Part shown: positions 28,815 to 40,285 of the stretch, piece after piece | Numbering within the stretch: position 1 is the stretch's first letter | Layout of the letters: each line of letters opens with the position of its first letter | Assembly (NCBI GenBank): GCA_963815115.1 | Contig: CAWFFN010000007.1 | Coordinates: 384,001-448,000 of the forward strand | DNA: 64,000 nucleotides | Direction: 5' to 3' | From: an uncultured delta proteobacterium | Lineage (GTDB): Bacteria; Desulfobacterota; Binatia; DP-6 | Made by a program: the position numbers and the translations under genes | The notes under the pieces: generated by a model | Databases searched by the model: none | What the model was told of the DNA's origin: nothing | What the model saw: only the letters and a program-made list of their open reading frames with translations

Positions 28815-29752
28815 CGCTGGGCGCGTCCCTCGCCTGCCTGTTCCCGGGGCAAGGCTCCCAGCGCGTCGGCATGGGCCGCGACCTGGTCGCCCACTCCGCG
28901 GCCGCCAGGCTCGTGTTCGAGGAAGCCGACGAACGGCTGGGCTTCCGGCTCTCGTCGCTGTGCTCCGAGGGCCCGGCGGACGTGCTCGCGCGCACGGAGC
29001 ATGCCCAGCCGGCGATTCTCACGACCAGCGTGGCCGCGTTTCGCGTGCTCGCGGAGCGTGTGGGCCTCGAGCCCGCCGTCATGGCGGGCCACAGCCTGGG
29101 CGAATGGTCGGCGCTGGTGGTGTCGGGGGCGCTCGCGTTCGGCGACGCCGTACGCGGCGTGCGGGAGCGCGGCCGTCTCATGCAGGACGCGGTGCCGCTG
29201 GGTGTGGGTGCGATGGCAGCCGTGATCGGACTCGACACGGCGACCCTGGGAGCCCTGTGCGAGGAGGCCGCCGCCGGCGAGGTGCTGACCCCCGCCAACC
29301 TGAATGGCGCCGGGCAGATCGTCGTGGCGGGCCACGCCGGTGCCGTCGACCGGCTCGCGGCCCTGGCCACCGCGCGCCATGCCCGGGTGCAGCGCCTGGA
29401 GGTGAGCGCGCCGTTCCACTGTCCGCTGATGCGGCCCGTCGCGGAGGGGCTGACGCGCTTCCTCGCGGACGTGCCGATCGGTGAGCCGCGGATCCCGGTC
29501 GTCAGCAGCGTCGAGCCGCGGCCGATCGCGAACGCCACCGAGATCGCGGCCCTCCTGATCGCACAGGTCACCGCGCCGGTGCGCTGGGAGGAGACCATGC
29601 AGGCGCTGCGCGCCTTCGCGTTCGGCCTGGCGGTCGAGCTCGGCCCCGGCCGCGTGCTGACGGGCCTGGCGAGACGCCTCTGGCCGGACGTTCGCTGCGA
29701 GCCGGTGGGCGACCATGCGGCGATCGAACGTGTCCGGGAGCTGCTGCAGTGA
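28811..29752 (+). CDS. fabD: Malonyl-CoA:ACP transacylase (probable CTG start)
   Basis: FPGQGSQ..GMG, QPAI, GHSLGE, SAPFH; no ATG/GTG between the rpmF stop and FPGQG; in-frame CTG at 28811 and 28817. Confidence 0.9.
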   Translation: MTLGASLACLFPGQGSQRVGMGRDLVAHSAAARLVFEEADERLGFRLSSLCSEGPADVLARTEHAQPAILTTSVAAFRVLAERVGLEPAVMAGHSLGEWSALVVSGALAFGDAVRGVRERGRLMQDAVPLGVGAMAAVIGLDTATLGALCEEAAAGEVLTPANLNGAGQIVVAGHAGAVDRLAALATARHARVQRLEVSAPFHCPLMRPVAEGLTRFLADVPIGEPRIPVVSSVEPRPIANATEIAALLIAQVTAPVRWEETMQALRAFAFGLAVELGPGRVLTGLARRLWPDVRCEPVGDHAAIERVRELLQ

Positions 29753-30501
29753 CCCTCACGCCGCTGTCCGGCCAGACGGCAGTCGTGACGGGCGGGTCCC
29801 GCGGCATCGGCCGGGCCATCGCCGGCCGGCTGGCGGGTCTCGGCGCCAGCGTGGTGGTCAACTATCTCGCGAACGAGGCCGCGGCGGCGGAGACCGTGCG
29901 TGGCATCGTGGAGAGCGGCGGCAGCGCCCGCGCGCTGCGCTTCGACGTGGGTGACGCCGCGGCGGTGCGCGAGGCGTTCGACGACGTCGTTGACCATGAG
30001 GGAAGAGTTGATATTTTGGTCAACAACGCTGGCCTGGCGATCGACGGGCTCCTGCTGCGACTGAAGGACGACGACTGGAACCGGGTTCTGCAGACCAACC
30101 TGACGGGTGTGTTCCACTGTGCCAGGGCAGCGGTGCGCTCGATGATCCGCGCCCGCTACGGGCGGATCGTCAACCTCACATCGGTGGTGGCGGCGATGGG
30201 CAACCCGGGCCAGGTCGCCTACGCGGCGGCCAAGGCCGGGGTCGTCGGTCTCACCAGGTCGCTGGCGCGTGAGGTTGCGTCCCGGGGTATCACCGTGAAT
30301 GCGCTGGCGCCGGGCCTGGTCGATACGGAGATGGCCGGCGGTGTCTCGGGGGCGCAGCGTGATGCCTACACGGCCCTCGTGCCGCTCGGGCGGATCGCCA
30401 CCGCCGCCGACATCGCCGAGGCCGCCGCGTTCCTGTGCTCCCCGGCGGCAGCATACGTCACGGGCCAGGTGTTGCACGTAAACGGTGGTCTCTACATGTG
30501 A
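29749..30501 (+). CDS. fabG: 3-oxoacyl-ACP reductase
   Basis: [27 protein letters not shown]. Confidence 0.93.
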   Translation: MTLTPLSGQTAVVTGGSRGIGRAIAGRLAGLGASVVVNYLANEAAAAETVRGIVESGGSARALRFDVGDAAAVREAFDDVVDHEGRVDILVNNAGLAIDGLLLRLKDDDWNRVLQTNLTGVFHCARAAVRSMIRARYGRIVNLTSVVAAMGNPGQVAYAAAKAGVVGLTRSLAREVASRGITVNALAPGLVDTEMAGGVSGAQRDAYTALVPLGRIATAADIAEAAAFLCSPAAAYVTGQVLHVNGGLYM

Positions 30502-30539
30502 GGGGCGCTCGCGAGGGCGCGATCGCAAGGAGGATGGAC

Positions 30540-30776
30540 ATGGCAGCGAGCGTGGAGCAGCGGGTGAAAGAGATCATCTGCGAGCAGCTCGGCGTGAGCG
30601 AGGATCAGGTGACGCCCCAGGCGTCCTTCATCGAGGACCTCGGGGCGGATTCGCTCGACATCGTCGAGCTCGTGATGGCACTCGAGGAAGAGTACGACAT
30701 GGAGATCTCCGACGAGGAAGCGGAGAAGATCCGCACCGTGCAGGACGTCGTGAACTACATCGAGAGCCATCGTTGA
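30540..30776 (+). CDS. acpP: Acyl carrier protein
   Basis: [18 protein letters not shown]. Confidence 0.97.
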   Translation: MAASVEQRVKEIICEQLGVSEDQVTPQASFIEDLGADSLDIVELVMALEEEYDMEISDEEAEKIRTVQDVVNYIESHR

Positions 30777-30789
30777 GGGCGGCGCGGCC

Positions 30790-32040
30790 ATGAGCTCGCC
30801 TCTCGCTCAGGCAGATCCGGCCGTCTTCGACGTCATTCGCCGCGAGACGGAGCGGCAAGAGTACAACCTCGAGCTGATCGCCTCCGAGAACTACGTCAGC
30901 GAGGCGGTGCTCGAGGCCCAGGGCTCGCCGCTCACCAACAAGTACGCCGAGGGCTATCCGGGGAAGCGCTACTACGGAGGCTGCGAGTTCGTCGACCAGG
31001 TGGAACGGCTGGCCATCGAGCGCGCCAAGGCGCTCTTCGGGGCGGATGCGGTGAACGTGCAGCCGCACTCGGGCTCGCAGGCCAACATGTCCGTGTACTT
31101 CTCGATCCTGGCGCCGGGCGACACCATCCTCGCCATGAACCTGGCGCACGGCGGCCATCTCACGCACGGGAGCCCGGTGAACTTCTCGGGGAAGTTCTTC
31201 CGCATCGTGCCGTACGGGGTGCGCGAGGGCGACGGGCGCATCGACCTCGATCAGGTCCGCCACGTCGCGCGCACGGAGCGGCCGAAGCTGATCGTCGTGG
31301 GCTACTCGGCTTACTCCCGCGAGATCGACTTCGCTCCGTTTCGCGCCATCGCCGACGAGGTCGGGGCGGTCCTGATGGCCGACATCGCCCACTTCGCCGG
31401 GCTGGTCGCGGCCGGCATCCATCCCTCCCCGATCCCCCACTGCGACGTCGTGACCACCACCACGCACAAGACGCTGCGCGGACCCCGCGGCGGCATGATC
31501 ATGTGCCGGGAGGCGCTCGCCAAGTCGCTCAACGCGTCGGTCTTCCCCGGCAACCAGGGCGGACCCCTCATGCACGTCATCGCCGCCAAGGCGGTGGCCC
31601 TGGGCGAGGCGCAGCAGGCCGCCTTCCGCGACTACCAGCGTCGGACCGTCAGCAATGCGAAGGCGCTGGCCGACGGCCTCATGCGGCGCGGCTTCCGCCT
31701 CTGCTCGGGCGGCACCGAGAACCATCTGATGCTCGTCGACCTGCGTGACACCGAGATCACCGGCAAGGCCGCCGAGGAGACGCTCGACGCCGCGCGCATC
31801 ACGGTGAACAAGAATGCCGTGCCGTTCGACCCGCGGCCGCCGTTCGTCACCAGCGGGATCCGCATCGGGACTCCCGCCGTGACCACGCGCGGGATGCGCG
31901 AGCCGGAGATGGAGACCATCGCCGACCTGATCCAGCGGGCCCTCCAGCTCGTCGGTGACCGGCGCGCGCTGGGCGCGCTGGGGGACGAGGTGCGGGCGCT
32001 CTGCCAGCGCTTCCCGGTGTACCGGAGCCGTCTGGCGTAG
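30790..32040 (+). CDS. glyA: Serine hydroxymethyltransferase
   Basis: [31 protein letters not shown]. Confidence 0.97.
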   Translation: MSSPLAQADPAVFDVIRRETERQEYNLELIASENYVSEAVLEAQGSPLTNKYAEGYPGKRYYGGCEFVDQVERLAIERAKALFGADAVNVQPHSGSQANMSVYFSILAPGDTILAMNLAHGGHLTHGSPVNFSGKFFRIVPYGVREGDGRIDLDQVRHVARTERPKLIVVGYSAYSREIDFAPFRAIADEVGAVLMADIAHFAGLVAAGIHPSPIPHCDVVTTTTHKTLRGPRGGMIMCREALAKSLNASVFPGNQGGPLMHVIAAKAVALGEAQQAAFRDYQRRTVSNAKALADGLMRRGFRLCSGGTENHLMLVDLRDTEITGKAAEETLDAARITVNKNAVPFDPRPPFVTSGIRIGTPAVTTRGMREPEMETIADLIQRALQLVGDRRALGALGDEVRALCQRFPVYRSRLA

Positions 32041-32046
32041 GTCGGT

Positions 32047-32568
32047 ATGCGGTGCCCGTTTTGCCGCACCACGGACAGCCGGGTGGTCGACTCGCGGCTC
32101 GGGAAGGAAGGCGACGCCATCCGGCGCCGGCGGCACTGCGACCGCTGCGGGAGGCGCTTCACCACCTACGAGCGTGCGGATGCCACGCTCCCGCTGGTGG
32201 TGAAGAAGGACGGACGCCGCCAGCCGTTCGACCGCCAGAAGATCGTCAACGGCCTGCTGCGCGCATGCGAGAAGCGGCCGGTCTCCGCGGACACGATCGA
32301 GGCCGTGGCCGATCGCATCGAGCGACAGGTGCAGGAGCGCGGGGACAAGGAAGTCGTCAGCAGCGTGATCGGCGAGGCGGTGATGCGCGAGCTGCATGCG
32401 CTCGACGCCGTGGCGTACGTCCGGTTCGCGTCCGTGTATCGATCCTTCGGGGACGTGCACGAGTTCATGCACGAGCTGGAGGAGCTCATCGCGGAGCGCC
32501 GCGCGGTGCCGCGACGCCGGGGTGAGAGCGCCCGCTCGCGGACGACCGGCCGTCGCCGGAGGGGGTGA
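32047..32568 (+). CDS. nrdR: Transcriptional repressor NrdR
   Basis: MRCPFC..VVDSR..RRRR.C..C..RFTTYE, ATP cone, YVRFASVY. Confidence 0.96.
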   Translation: MRCPFCRTTDSRVVDSRLGKEGDAIRRRRHCDRCGRRFTTYERADATLPLVVKKDGRRQPFDRQKIVNGLLRACEKRPVSADTIEAVADRIERQVQERGDKEVVSSVIGEAVMRELHALDAVAYVRFASVYRSFGDVHEFMHELEELIAERRAVPRRRGESARSRTTGRRRRG

Positions 32569-33731
32569 TGCCGGCGGGCGGCCGACGTCCGACCGACGAG
32601 GTGTGGATGCGGCGAGCGCTGGCGCTGGCGGCGCGCGGCCTGGGACGGACGTTCCCGAACCCTCCCGTCGGCGCGGTGCTGGTGCGTGGCGGCCGGGTGG
32701 TCGGCGAGGGCTTCCACGCGCGCGCCGGAGGTCCCCACGCCGAGATCAATGCCATCCGTGCGGCGCGTGCGCGGGCCCGCGGCGCCGAGCTCTTCGTGAC
32801 CCTGGAGCCGTGCTCCCATCACGGACGCACGCCACCCTGCGTGGAGGCGTTGCTCGATCTCGGTCTGCGCCGCGTCGTCGTCGGCGTCCACGATCCGAAC
32901 CCGCGCGTCCGGGGACGCGGCATCCGGCGCCTGCGGCGTGCCGGCATTCCGGTGACCGTCGGCGTCGAGGCCGCGGCAGCGCACGAGCTGGTGGCCGGGT
33001 TCCGCTCCCGCGTGCTGCGCGGGCGTCCCCTGGTGACGCTCAAGCTGGCCGTGACGCTCGATGGTCGGATTGCGGCGGCCGGCGGCGATGCGCGCTGGAT
33101 CAGCGGCGCCGGGGCCCGCCGCCTCGTGCATCGGCTGCGCGGGGTCTCCGACGCCGTGCTGGTCGGCGCCGGCACGGTGCGGGCCGACGATCCCCGGCTG
33201 ACGTGCCGCATCGTCGGGGGACGCGACCCGCTCCGCATCGTGCTGGCGGGTCGAGAGCTGGCGCTGCCGCCGCGCGCGCACGTGCTCGCGCGGGACGGCC
33301 CGCCGACGCTGGTGATCTCGCCAGCCGGCGCCCGGCCGGATCGCGTGGCGGCGCTCGGACGGCGCGGGGTCGAGGTGCTGCTGCTCCCCGGGCGCGCCGG
33401 CCGCGTCTCCTTCCAGAAGGTCGTGGGCGCTCTCGGGGAGCGGGGTCTGACCACGCTGCTCGTCGAAGGCGGCAGCACGGTGGCGGCGGATGCGTTGCGT
33501 GCAGGAGTCGTCGACCGCGTCGTTCTCTTCGTCGCGCCTTCCTTCCTGGGTGCCGACGGCGTGGCGGCGGTTGGACCGCTCGGCATCCACCGAGCCGCGG
33601 ATGCGTTCCGGCTGGGACCGCTGACGGTGCGACGGATCGGAGGCGACCTGGTGCTGGAGGGCAAGCCCCGCCGGCGACGGCGGAGGCCTGCGCGCGCCGT
33701 ACCCTTTGCCTCGCACCGGGGAGCGCGCTAG
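32565..33731 (+). CDS. ribD: Bifunctional riboflavin deaminase/reductase
   Basis: PNP.VG, HAE, LEPCSH.GRTPPC, EGG. Confidence 0.95.
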   Translation: MMPAGGRRPTDEVWMRRALALAARGLGRTFPNPPVGAVLVRGGRVVGEGFHARAGGPHAEINAIRAARARARGAELFVTLEPCSHHGRTPPCVEALLDLGLRRVVVGVHDPNPRVRGRGIRRLRRAGIPVTVGVEAAAAHELVAGFRSRVLRGRPLVTLKLAVTLDGRIAAAGGDARWISGAGARRLVHRLRGVSDAVLVGAGTVRADDPRLTCRIVGGRDPLRIVLAGRELALPPRAHVLARDGPPTLVISPAGARPDRVAALGRRGVEVLLLPGRAGRVSFQKVVGALGERGLTTLLVEGGSTVAADALRAGVVDRVVLFVAPSFLGADGVAAVGPLGIHRAADAFRLGPLTVRRIGGDLVLEGKPRRRRRRPARAVPFASHRGAR

Positions 33732-33734
33732 CCT
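33706..33734 (+). promoter_or_regulatory. Putative leaderless promoter of ribBA
   Basis: TTGCCT-N17-TAGCCT, 6 nt before ATG 33741, no SD. Confidence 0.6.
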
Positions 33735-33740
33735 ACATCG

Positions 33741-34952
33741 ATGGCAGCTGCGGATCGTGGGCGCGAGCTCGCCGAACGACTCCGCGCGGGCAAGCTCGTC
33801 CTGCTGGTGGACAACGCGACGGAGCCGCCCGAGGCCGTGCTCGGCTGTGCGGCGGTGCGGGTGACGCCCGCCGCGGTGAACTTCATGGCGACGCATGGCC
33901 GCGGCCTGGTGTGCCTGGGGCTCACCCGCGAGCGCATGCGGCGCCTCGGCATTCCGCTGATGGCCGCCGAATCGGCGGCGCACCCGCCCGCCTACGGCGC
34001 ATCGATCGAGGCGCGACGGGGAGTCTCGACGGGCATCAGCGCGGGCGATCGAGCGACGACGATCCTCGCGGCCGTCGCGCCCGAGGCGACCTCGGCCGAC
34101 GTCGTGATGCCGGGCCACGTGACGCCCATCCAGCTCGTGCCGGGCGGCAGCCTGGTGCGCGCGGCGCTGCCCGAAGCGGCGAGCGATCTGGTGCGCCTCG
34201 CGGGGCTCGGCTTCGAGGCCGTGCTGTGCGAGGTCCTCGGCCGCGACGGCAACCTCGCCACGGCGTCGGAGCTGGCGAGCCTGGCACGCGCGCATCGTCT
34301 CCCGACGGTGACGGTCACGGACGTGATCCAGATGCGCCTCCGCTCCGACACGCTGGTGCGCCGGCGTGCGGAGGCTGCCCTCCCGGTGCACGGCGGTCCA
34401 GTCTTCCGGGCGGTGGTGTACGACAACAGCATCGATCAGCAGCAGCACATGGCCCTCGTGCTGGGCGACCTGCGGAGCGGGAGCGACGTGCTGGTGCGCC
34501 TGCACTCCGAGTGCCTCACCGGCGACGTCTTCGGCTCGCAGCGCTGCGACTGCGGCGAGCAGCTCGCGCAGGCCCTCCAGCTGATCGCCAAGGCAGGCAC
34601 CGGCGTCCTCGTCTACCTGCACCAGGAGGGCCGGGGGATCGGCCTGGCGAACAAGATCCGCGCCTACGCGCTCCAGGACCGCGGGCGCGACACGGTCGAG
34701 GCGAACCTCGAGCTCGGCTTCAAGGAGGATCTGCGGGACTACGGCATCGGCGCCCAGATCCTTCGCGACCTCGGCGTCGAGCGCGTCCGATTGCTGACCA
34801 ACAACCCGCAGAAGATCGCCGGGCTCGAGGCCTATGGCATCACCGTGGTGGCGCGGGCCCCGCTCGAGGTCGAGCCCCACGCCGGCAACATCGACTACCT
34901 CCGTACCAAGCAGGCGAAGCTCGGACACCTCCTGTCCGGTCTGCCACGGTGA
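33741..34952 (+). CDS. ribA: RibBA-type fusion: degenerate DHBP synthase domain plus GTP cyclohydrolase II
   Basis: Intact [29 protein letters not shown]; RibB motifs altered. Confidence 0.9.
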   Translation: MAAADRGRELAERLRAGKLVLLVDNATEPPEAVLGCAAVRVTPAAVNFMATHGRGLVCLGLTRERMRRLGIPLMAAESAAHPPAYGASIEARRGVSTGISAGDRATTILAAVAPEATSADVVMPGHVTPIQLVPGGSLVRAALPEAASDLVRLAGLGFEAVLCEVLGRDGNLATASELASLARAHRLPTVTVTDVIQMRLRSDTLVRRRAEAALPVHGGPVFRAVVYDNSIDQQQHMALVLGDLRSGSDVLVRLHSECLTGDVFGSQRCDCGEQLAQALQLIAKAGTGVLVYLHQEGRGIGLANKIRAYALQDRGRDTVEANLELGFKEDLRDYGIGAQILRDLGVERVRLLTNNPQKIAGLEAYGITVVARAPLEVEPHAGNIDYLRTKQAKLGHLLSGLPR

Positions 34953-34964
34953 GCGCCGGGACCA

Positions 34965-35438
34965 GTGCCACGCCACCTCCAGGCTGAGCCCACGGGCGAC
35001 GGGCTGCGCATCGGGATCGCGCTCGCGCGCTTCAACCGGGCCGTCACCGATCGGCTGCTGGCCGGCGCCCTCGAAGCGCTCGTAGCCCACGGCGTCGCGG
35101 ACGACGCGATCGACGTGGCCACGGTGCCGGGCGCCTTCGAGCTGCCGCTGTGCGCGCAGCGGCTCGCCATCACCGGGCGCTACGACGCGCTCGTCTGCCT
35201 CGGAGCAGTGATCCGCGGCGAGACGCCGCACTTCGAGTTCGTGGCCGGGCAGGCCGCGTGCGGGACCGGCGAGGTGGCGCGCCGCTACGATCTGCCGGTA
35301 GCCTTCGGCGTGCTGACCACCGACACGATGGAGCAAGCGCTCGCGCGTGCCGGCGGGGCGGCCGGCAACAAGGGCTACGAGGCGGCGGTGACGGCGCTCG
35401 AGATGGTGCAGGTCCTGCGCGTGGTGCAGAAGTTCTGA
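34965..35438 (+). CDS. ribH: Lumazine synthase
   Basis: RFN, VPGAFELP, IRGETPHF, FGVLT, GNKG. Confidence 0.96.
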   Translation: MPRHLQAEPTGDGLRIGIALARFNRAVTDRLLAGALEALVAHGVADDAIDVATVPGAFELPLCAQRLAITGRYDALVCLGAVIRGETPHFEFVAGQAACGTGEVARRYDLPVAFGVLTTDTMEQALARAGGAAGNKGYEAAVTALEMVQVLRVVQKF

Positions 35439-35439
35439 G

Positions 35440-35880
35440 ATGGGTGCCCGGCGCGAAGCACGCGAGCTCGCCCTGCAGGCGCTCTACCAGGCCGACCTGC
35501 TCGGTGCAGACGAGCCGGGGACGAAAAGCCTGGCGCTCTTCTGGGAGCACTTCGACTCCGACGCGGAGGACGAGGTGGTCGCCTTCGCGCGCGAGCTCGT
35601 GGAAGGGGTGCGCGAGCACGGCGAACGCATCGACGCACTGATCGCCGAGAGCGCGGAGCACTGGCGCCTGCCGCGGCTGTCGCGCGTCGACCTGAGCGTG
35701 CTCCGCCTGGCGACCTTCGAGCTCTTCGGCCGCCCCGAGATTCCCGCCTCCGTCACGTTGAACGAGGCGGTCGAGATCGCGCGGCGGTTCGGCAGCGAGG
35801 AGTCGCCGGCGTTCGTCAACGGCGTCCTCGACCACATCGCGCGGCAGCTGGCCGGAGACCGGGCGCGCGGCGAGGGCTAG
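35440..35880 (+). CDS. nusB: Transcription antitermination factor NusB
   Basis: RREARE.ALQ.LY, NEAVE.A..F, FVNGVLD. Confidence 0.96.
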   Translation: MGARREARELALQALYQADLLGADEPGTKSLALFWEHFDSDAEDEVVAFARELVEGVREHGERIDALIAESAEHWRLPRLSRVDLSVLRLATFELFGRPEIPASVTLNEAVEIARRFGSEESPAFVNGVLDHIARQLAGDRARGEG

Positions 35881-35885
35881 GCGGG

Positions 35886-38364
35886 ATGGGGGCACGGGAG
35901 GGGACGCCGCACTACGACACCCAATCGCTGGAGGCGAAGTGGCAGGCGCGCTGGGCCGCCGAGCGGACGCTTCGATGCCGTCGTCGACCCGGGCAGACCA
36001 CCGTACTACGTGCTCGAGATGTTCCCCTATCCGTCGGGCGACATCCACATGGGGCACGTGCGCAACTACACCATCGGCGACGTGATCGCGCGCCAGCGTC
36101 GGATGGCGGGATTCAGCGTGCTCCATCCGATGGGGTGGGACGCGTTCGGCCTTCCCGCGGAGAACGCGGCCATCCAGCACGGCATCCATCCGGCGCGCTG
36201 GACCGCGGACAACATCGCGCGCATGCGGTCGCAGCTGCGCCGGCTCGGCTTCTCCTACGACTGGAACCGCGAGCTGGCCACGTGCGATCCCGCGTACTAC
36301 CGGTGGGAGCAGCTCTTCTTCCTGCGCATGCTGGAGCGCGGGCTCGCCTACAAGCGGCGCGGCACGGTCAACTGGTGTCCGCGCTGCGAGACCGTGCTGG
36401 CGAACGAGCAGGTGAGCGATGGCACCTGCTGGCGCTGCGACGGTCCGGTCGAGGAGCGCGAGCTGGAGCAGTGGTTCTTCCGCATCACGGCGTATGCCGA
36501 GGAGCTGCTGGCCGATCTCGATCGATTGCAGGGCTGGCCAGAGCGCGTCGTCACCATGCAGCGCAACTGGATCGGCCGCAGCGCGGGCGCGCTCATCCGC
36601 TTCCCGCTCGACGGCCATGCGGGCGAGGTCGCCGTCTTCACGACGCGGCCCGACACCCTCTTCGGGGCGTCGTTCGTGAGCCTGGCGGCCGAGCATCCGC
36701 TGGTGGCCGAGCTGGTCGCCGGGACGACGAGCGAGGCCGAGGTGTCCGCGTTCGCGGCGCGCGTCCGCGCCAGCGCGCGGACCGAGCGCACGACGGGCAA
36801 GGAAGGCGTCCCCACGGGGGCGTTCTGCCGCCATCCGCTCACCGGCGAGCGGCTGCCGATCTGGGTCGCCAACTTCGTGCTCATGGACTACGGCACCGGG
36901 GCCGTCATGGCCGTGCCGGCGCACGACCAGCGCGACTTCGAGTTCGCGCGGGCGTACGCGCTGCCGGTGCGGGTCGTCGTGCAGCCGCCCGGCGAGCGCC
37001 TCGACTCGCCTTCGATGGCGCAGGCCTGGGAGGGCCCCGGCACGCTGGTCGGGTCGGCGGGGTTCGACGGGCTCGACAGCGAGACCGCGAAGACCCGGAT
37101 CACCGACGCCCTCGCGGGGCGCGGGCTCGGCGAGGCGCGCGTCACGTATCGCCTGCGCGACTGGGGCGTGTCCCGCCAGCGGGCGTGGGGCTCCCCGATT
37201 CCCGTCGTCTACTGCGAGCGTGACGGCATGGTGCCGATCCCGGAGTCGGAGCTCCCCGTGGTGCTCCCCGACGACCTCGCCTTCACCGGACGCGGCGGCT
37301 CGCCGCTCGCGGCAGACGCCGCCTTCGTGCGCACCCGCTGCCCCCGCTGCGACGGCGAGGCCCGCCGCGAGACCGACACCATGGACACCTTCGTGCAGTC
37401 GTCCTGGTACTTCGCGCGCTACTGCTCGCCGCGCGCCGACGGGACGCCCTTCGACCCGGTGGAGACGGAGTACTGGCTCGGACGACGCGGCGTCGACGAG
37501 TACATCGGCGGCATCGAGCATGCCGTGCTCCACCTGCTCTACGCGCGCTTCTTCACCAAGGTACTGCGCGACCTGGGATTCCTGGCGCTCGACGAGCCGT
37601 TCCGCCGGCTGCTCACCCAGGGGATGGTGATCAAGGACGGCGCGAAGATGAGCAAGTCGAAGGGGAACGTGGTCGATCCCGACCACCTGGTGGGGCGCTA
37701 CGGCGCCGACACGGCGCGCCTCTTCTGCCTGTTCGCGTCGCCGCCCGAGCGCGACCTCGAGTGGAGCGACCAGGGGGTCGAGGGAATGAGCCGTTTCCTC
37801 GGCCGCGTGTGGCGGCTCGTCCACGGCGTGGCTGCCCGCCTGGCGCCCCCGGGAAGCGCGCCGTCGCTCGCCGCCGCGGCGGATCGCGATCTTCACCGCG
37901 TGACCCATCAAACGATCCAGCGCGTCAGCGACGACGTGGTGGAACGACGGCACTTCAACACCGCCATCGCGGCGGTCATGGAGCTGGTCACCGCGACCGC
38001 CCTGGTGGCGGAGACGGCGCATCCCGCGACCCTGCGCGAGACCGTGGACGCGATCCTGCTGCTCCTGGCGCCCTTCGTCCCCCATGTCGCGAGCGAGCTG
38101 TGGGAGGCGACCGGCCACGCCGACGGGCTGGCCGACGCCGCGTGGCCCCGCGCGGACAGCGCGGCCCTCGTGCGCGCCACCATCGAGCTGCCCGTGCAGA
38201 TCAACGGCAAGGTGCGTGCCCGCCTGAGCCTGCCCGCCGACAGCTCGACCGAGGACGTCCTGGCGGCGGCGCTGGCGGATGCGCGGGTGCAGGAGCAGCT
38301 CGGCGGTCGGACGGTGCGCAAGCACGTCTTCGTGCCGGGCCGCATGCTGAGCCTGGTGGTATGA
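35886..38364 (+). CDS. leuS: Leucine--tRNA ligase, frameshifted near 35970
   Basis: Y....E.KWQ..W in the 35886 frame, then [16 protein letters not shown] and KMSKS in the 36010 frame. Confidence 0.93.
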
Positions 38365-38951
38365 GACATCGGATGCGACTGGTGGCAGCGCTCGGGCTGG
38401 CAATGCTGGCGGCGGGCTGCGGCTACAACTTCGCCGGCACGGGACCGAACGTGCCCACCTCGGCACGCACCATCAGCATCGCGCTGTTCAACAACCGCAC
38501 GCGTGAGAAGGGTCTCGACGTCCAGCTGCAGCGCGCCCTCGAGGAGGAGTTCCGCCGGCGCGGCACGCTGACGGTGGTGCGCGACGGCGACAGCGACCTG
38601 GTGCTCAGTGGCACGATCCGGCGCTTCACGACGGTCCCGGTCGCCTACAGCGCGACCGGCGAGGCGGTCGCGTACCAGGGGTATCTCCAGGTGTCGCTCA
38701 GGCTGACCCAGCGCGCGGGTAGTCACGTGCTGTACGAGAACCCCGAGCTGGTGGAGACGCTCGACTTCGGGAGCGTCACCGGCATCGTGGTGACGGCGTC
38801 GCCCCGCTTCCAGGAAGGCACCATCGACGCGCGCGACCTCGTGAACATGACCAACGTGCAGATCAGCGAGGTCCGGCGCCAGACCTCGCTGGACGAACTC
38901 GTGACCCTGCTCGCGCGTGACGCCTACCTGCAGTCGGTGGAGGCCTTCTGA
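38361..38951 (+). CDS. lptE: LPS assembly lipoprotein LptE
   Basis: LAAGCGY lipobox; conserved leuS-lptE-holA synteny. Confidence 0.8.
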   Translation: MRHRMRLVAALGLAMLAAGCGYNFAGTGPNVPTSARTISIALFNNRTREKGLDVQLQRALEEEFRRRGTLTVVRDGDSDLVLSGTIRRFTTVPVAYSATGEAVAYQGYLQVSLRLTQRAGSHVLYENPELVETLDFGSVTGIVVTASPRFQEGTIDARDLVNMTNVQISEVRRQTSLDELVTLLARDAYLQSVEAF

Positions 38952-39985
38952 GTCCGGTCGGCCGGCGGCCACCCGCCCAGTCGGGCGGCGCGGACCCGCT
39001 GGCAGCGCTGGCCCGCGAGCCGCTGCGAGCTGCCTATCTCGTGCACGGCGAGGAGACCCTTCTCGTCGATCGGGCGCTGGCGCTGCTGGGCGAGCGCCTG
39101 TCTGCGGGCGACCGGCCGGCGAGCACGCGCACGCTGTGGGCTGGCGAGGACCCGCAACGGCTGGCAACCGCTCTGGACGACCTCGCCTCGCCGCTCCTCT
39201 TCGGTGCCGCGCAGGTCCTGGTCGTCCGCCGCGCGGAGGCGCTGGGCGCGAAGGACGAGGAGCTGATCCTGGCGGCGCTGCCGCGGCTCGGCACGGCCGG
39301 GGCTCTGATCCTGGTCGCGGGTGCGCTCGACTCCCGCCGGCGCCTGCTCGCGGCGTTCACGCGTGACGGCGCGGCCTACGCGTTCCCGCGGGTGGCCGAT
39401 CCGCGCGTGCTGCGCGAGTGGGTCTCCCGCCTGGCGCGCGAGCTCGGCCACGGCATCCGGCCCGATGCGATCGACCTGCTCGTGGAGCGCACCCCGGCCG
39501 ATCTCGGGGTGCTCGCCTCCGAGCTGGACAAGGCCTCGCTCTACGCCGGGCGGGGCGTGGCCATCGAGGCCGGTCACGTGGAGGCGACGGCGACGGGCAG
39601 CCGCGCCGCAGCGGTCGAGGAGGTGGCCGATCGTCTGGCTCGACGCGACCTGGCGGGCGCCTGCCGTGCCCTGAGGAGCCTGCTACGCGCGGGCGAGCCG
39701 CCGATCCGGCTGGCCGCCTTTCTCGCCGCGAGCCTGCGGCGCGCCCTTCACGTGGCGGAGCTACGCGGTGCGGGGCTGGACGTCGACGCCGCGGCGGCCA
39801 GGCTGGGGATGCCGAGCTGGCTGGTCCGCCGGGTGGACGGGTCGCGTTCCGCGGCCCAGCTCGAGCAGGCGCTGGACGCGCTGCGCGACCTCGATCTGGC
39901 GCTCAAGAGCTCACGTCCGGCAGCGGCCGCCTTCGAAGCGGCGCTGCTCCGGATCGCGGACCCGGCTACGCCCCGGCGGCCCTGA
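38948..39985 (+). CDS. holA: DNA polymerase III delta subunit (start uncertain, CTG 38948 or GTG 39041)
   Basis: YL.HGEE, .PLLF, SELDK..LY, D..LKSS; synteny with rpsT. Confidence 0.85.
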   Translation: MSPVGRRPPAQSGGADPLAALAREPLRAAYLVHGEETLLVDRALALLGERLSAGDRPASTRTLWAGEDPQRLATALDDLASPLLFGAAQVLVVRRAEALGAKDEELILAALPRLGTAGALILVAGALDSRRRLLAAFTRDGAAYAFPRVADPRVLREWVSRLARELGHGIRPDAIDLLVERTPADLGVLASELDKASLYAGRGVAIEAGHVEATATGSRAAAVEEVADRLARRDLAGACRALRSLLRAGEPPIRLAAFLAASLRRALHVAELRGAGLDVDAAAARLGMPSWLVRRVDGSRSAAQLEQALDALRDLDLALKSSRPAAAAFEAALLRIADPATPRRP

Positions 39986-40241
39986 GCTTGCCGACGGCGC
40001 GCGACAGGCGCGCGACGCGGCGGGCTGCGTTGTTGCGGTGGAGGAGGCCCTTGCTGACGGCCTTGTCGAGTGCGCGCGCGGCGCGCCCCAGGGTCTCCTC
40101 CGCGATTGCGAGGTCCTTGCCGACGACGGCCTGACGGACGGCCCGCACGGCATGGCGAAGCCGGGTACGCAGCGCCTGGTTCCGCGCCGTGCGCTTCAGC
40201 GTCTGACGATGGCGCTTCAGCGCCGAGGCGTGGTTTGCCAC
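39966..40241 (-). CDS. rpsT: 30S ribosomal protein S20
   Basis: ANH.SA.KR.RQ...R..RN, DKA..KG..H.N.AAR; promoter TTGACC-N17-TAACCG at 40278-40250. Confidence 0.96.
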   Translation of the reverse strand: MANHASALKRHRQTLKRTARNQALRTRLRHAVRAVRQAVVGKDLAIAEETLGRAARALDKAVSKGLLHRNNAARRVARLSRAVGKLRAAGA

Positions 40242-40285
40242 CGCGGCGTCGGTTACCACGGGCTCGATTGTGGGTCAAACCGGCG

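Noticed and set aside
30506-30528. Small GNRA-loop hairpin between fabG and acpP
   Set aside because: Too short and GC-rich to distinguish from chance; no U-tract
35940-36010. Programmed frameshift or recoding in leuS (and ctaD)
   Set aside because: No slippery sequence or stimulatory structure seen; sequencing indel is more parsimonious
39966-39985. Convergent 3' overlaps (holA/rpsT; also 19098-19112 and 42444-42453)
   Set aside because: Short tail overlaps are common in compact high-GC genomes
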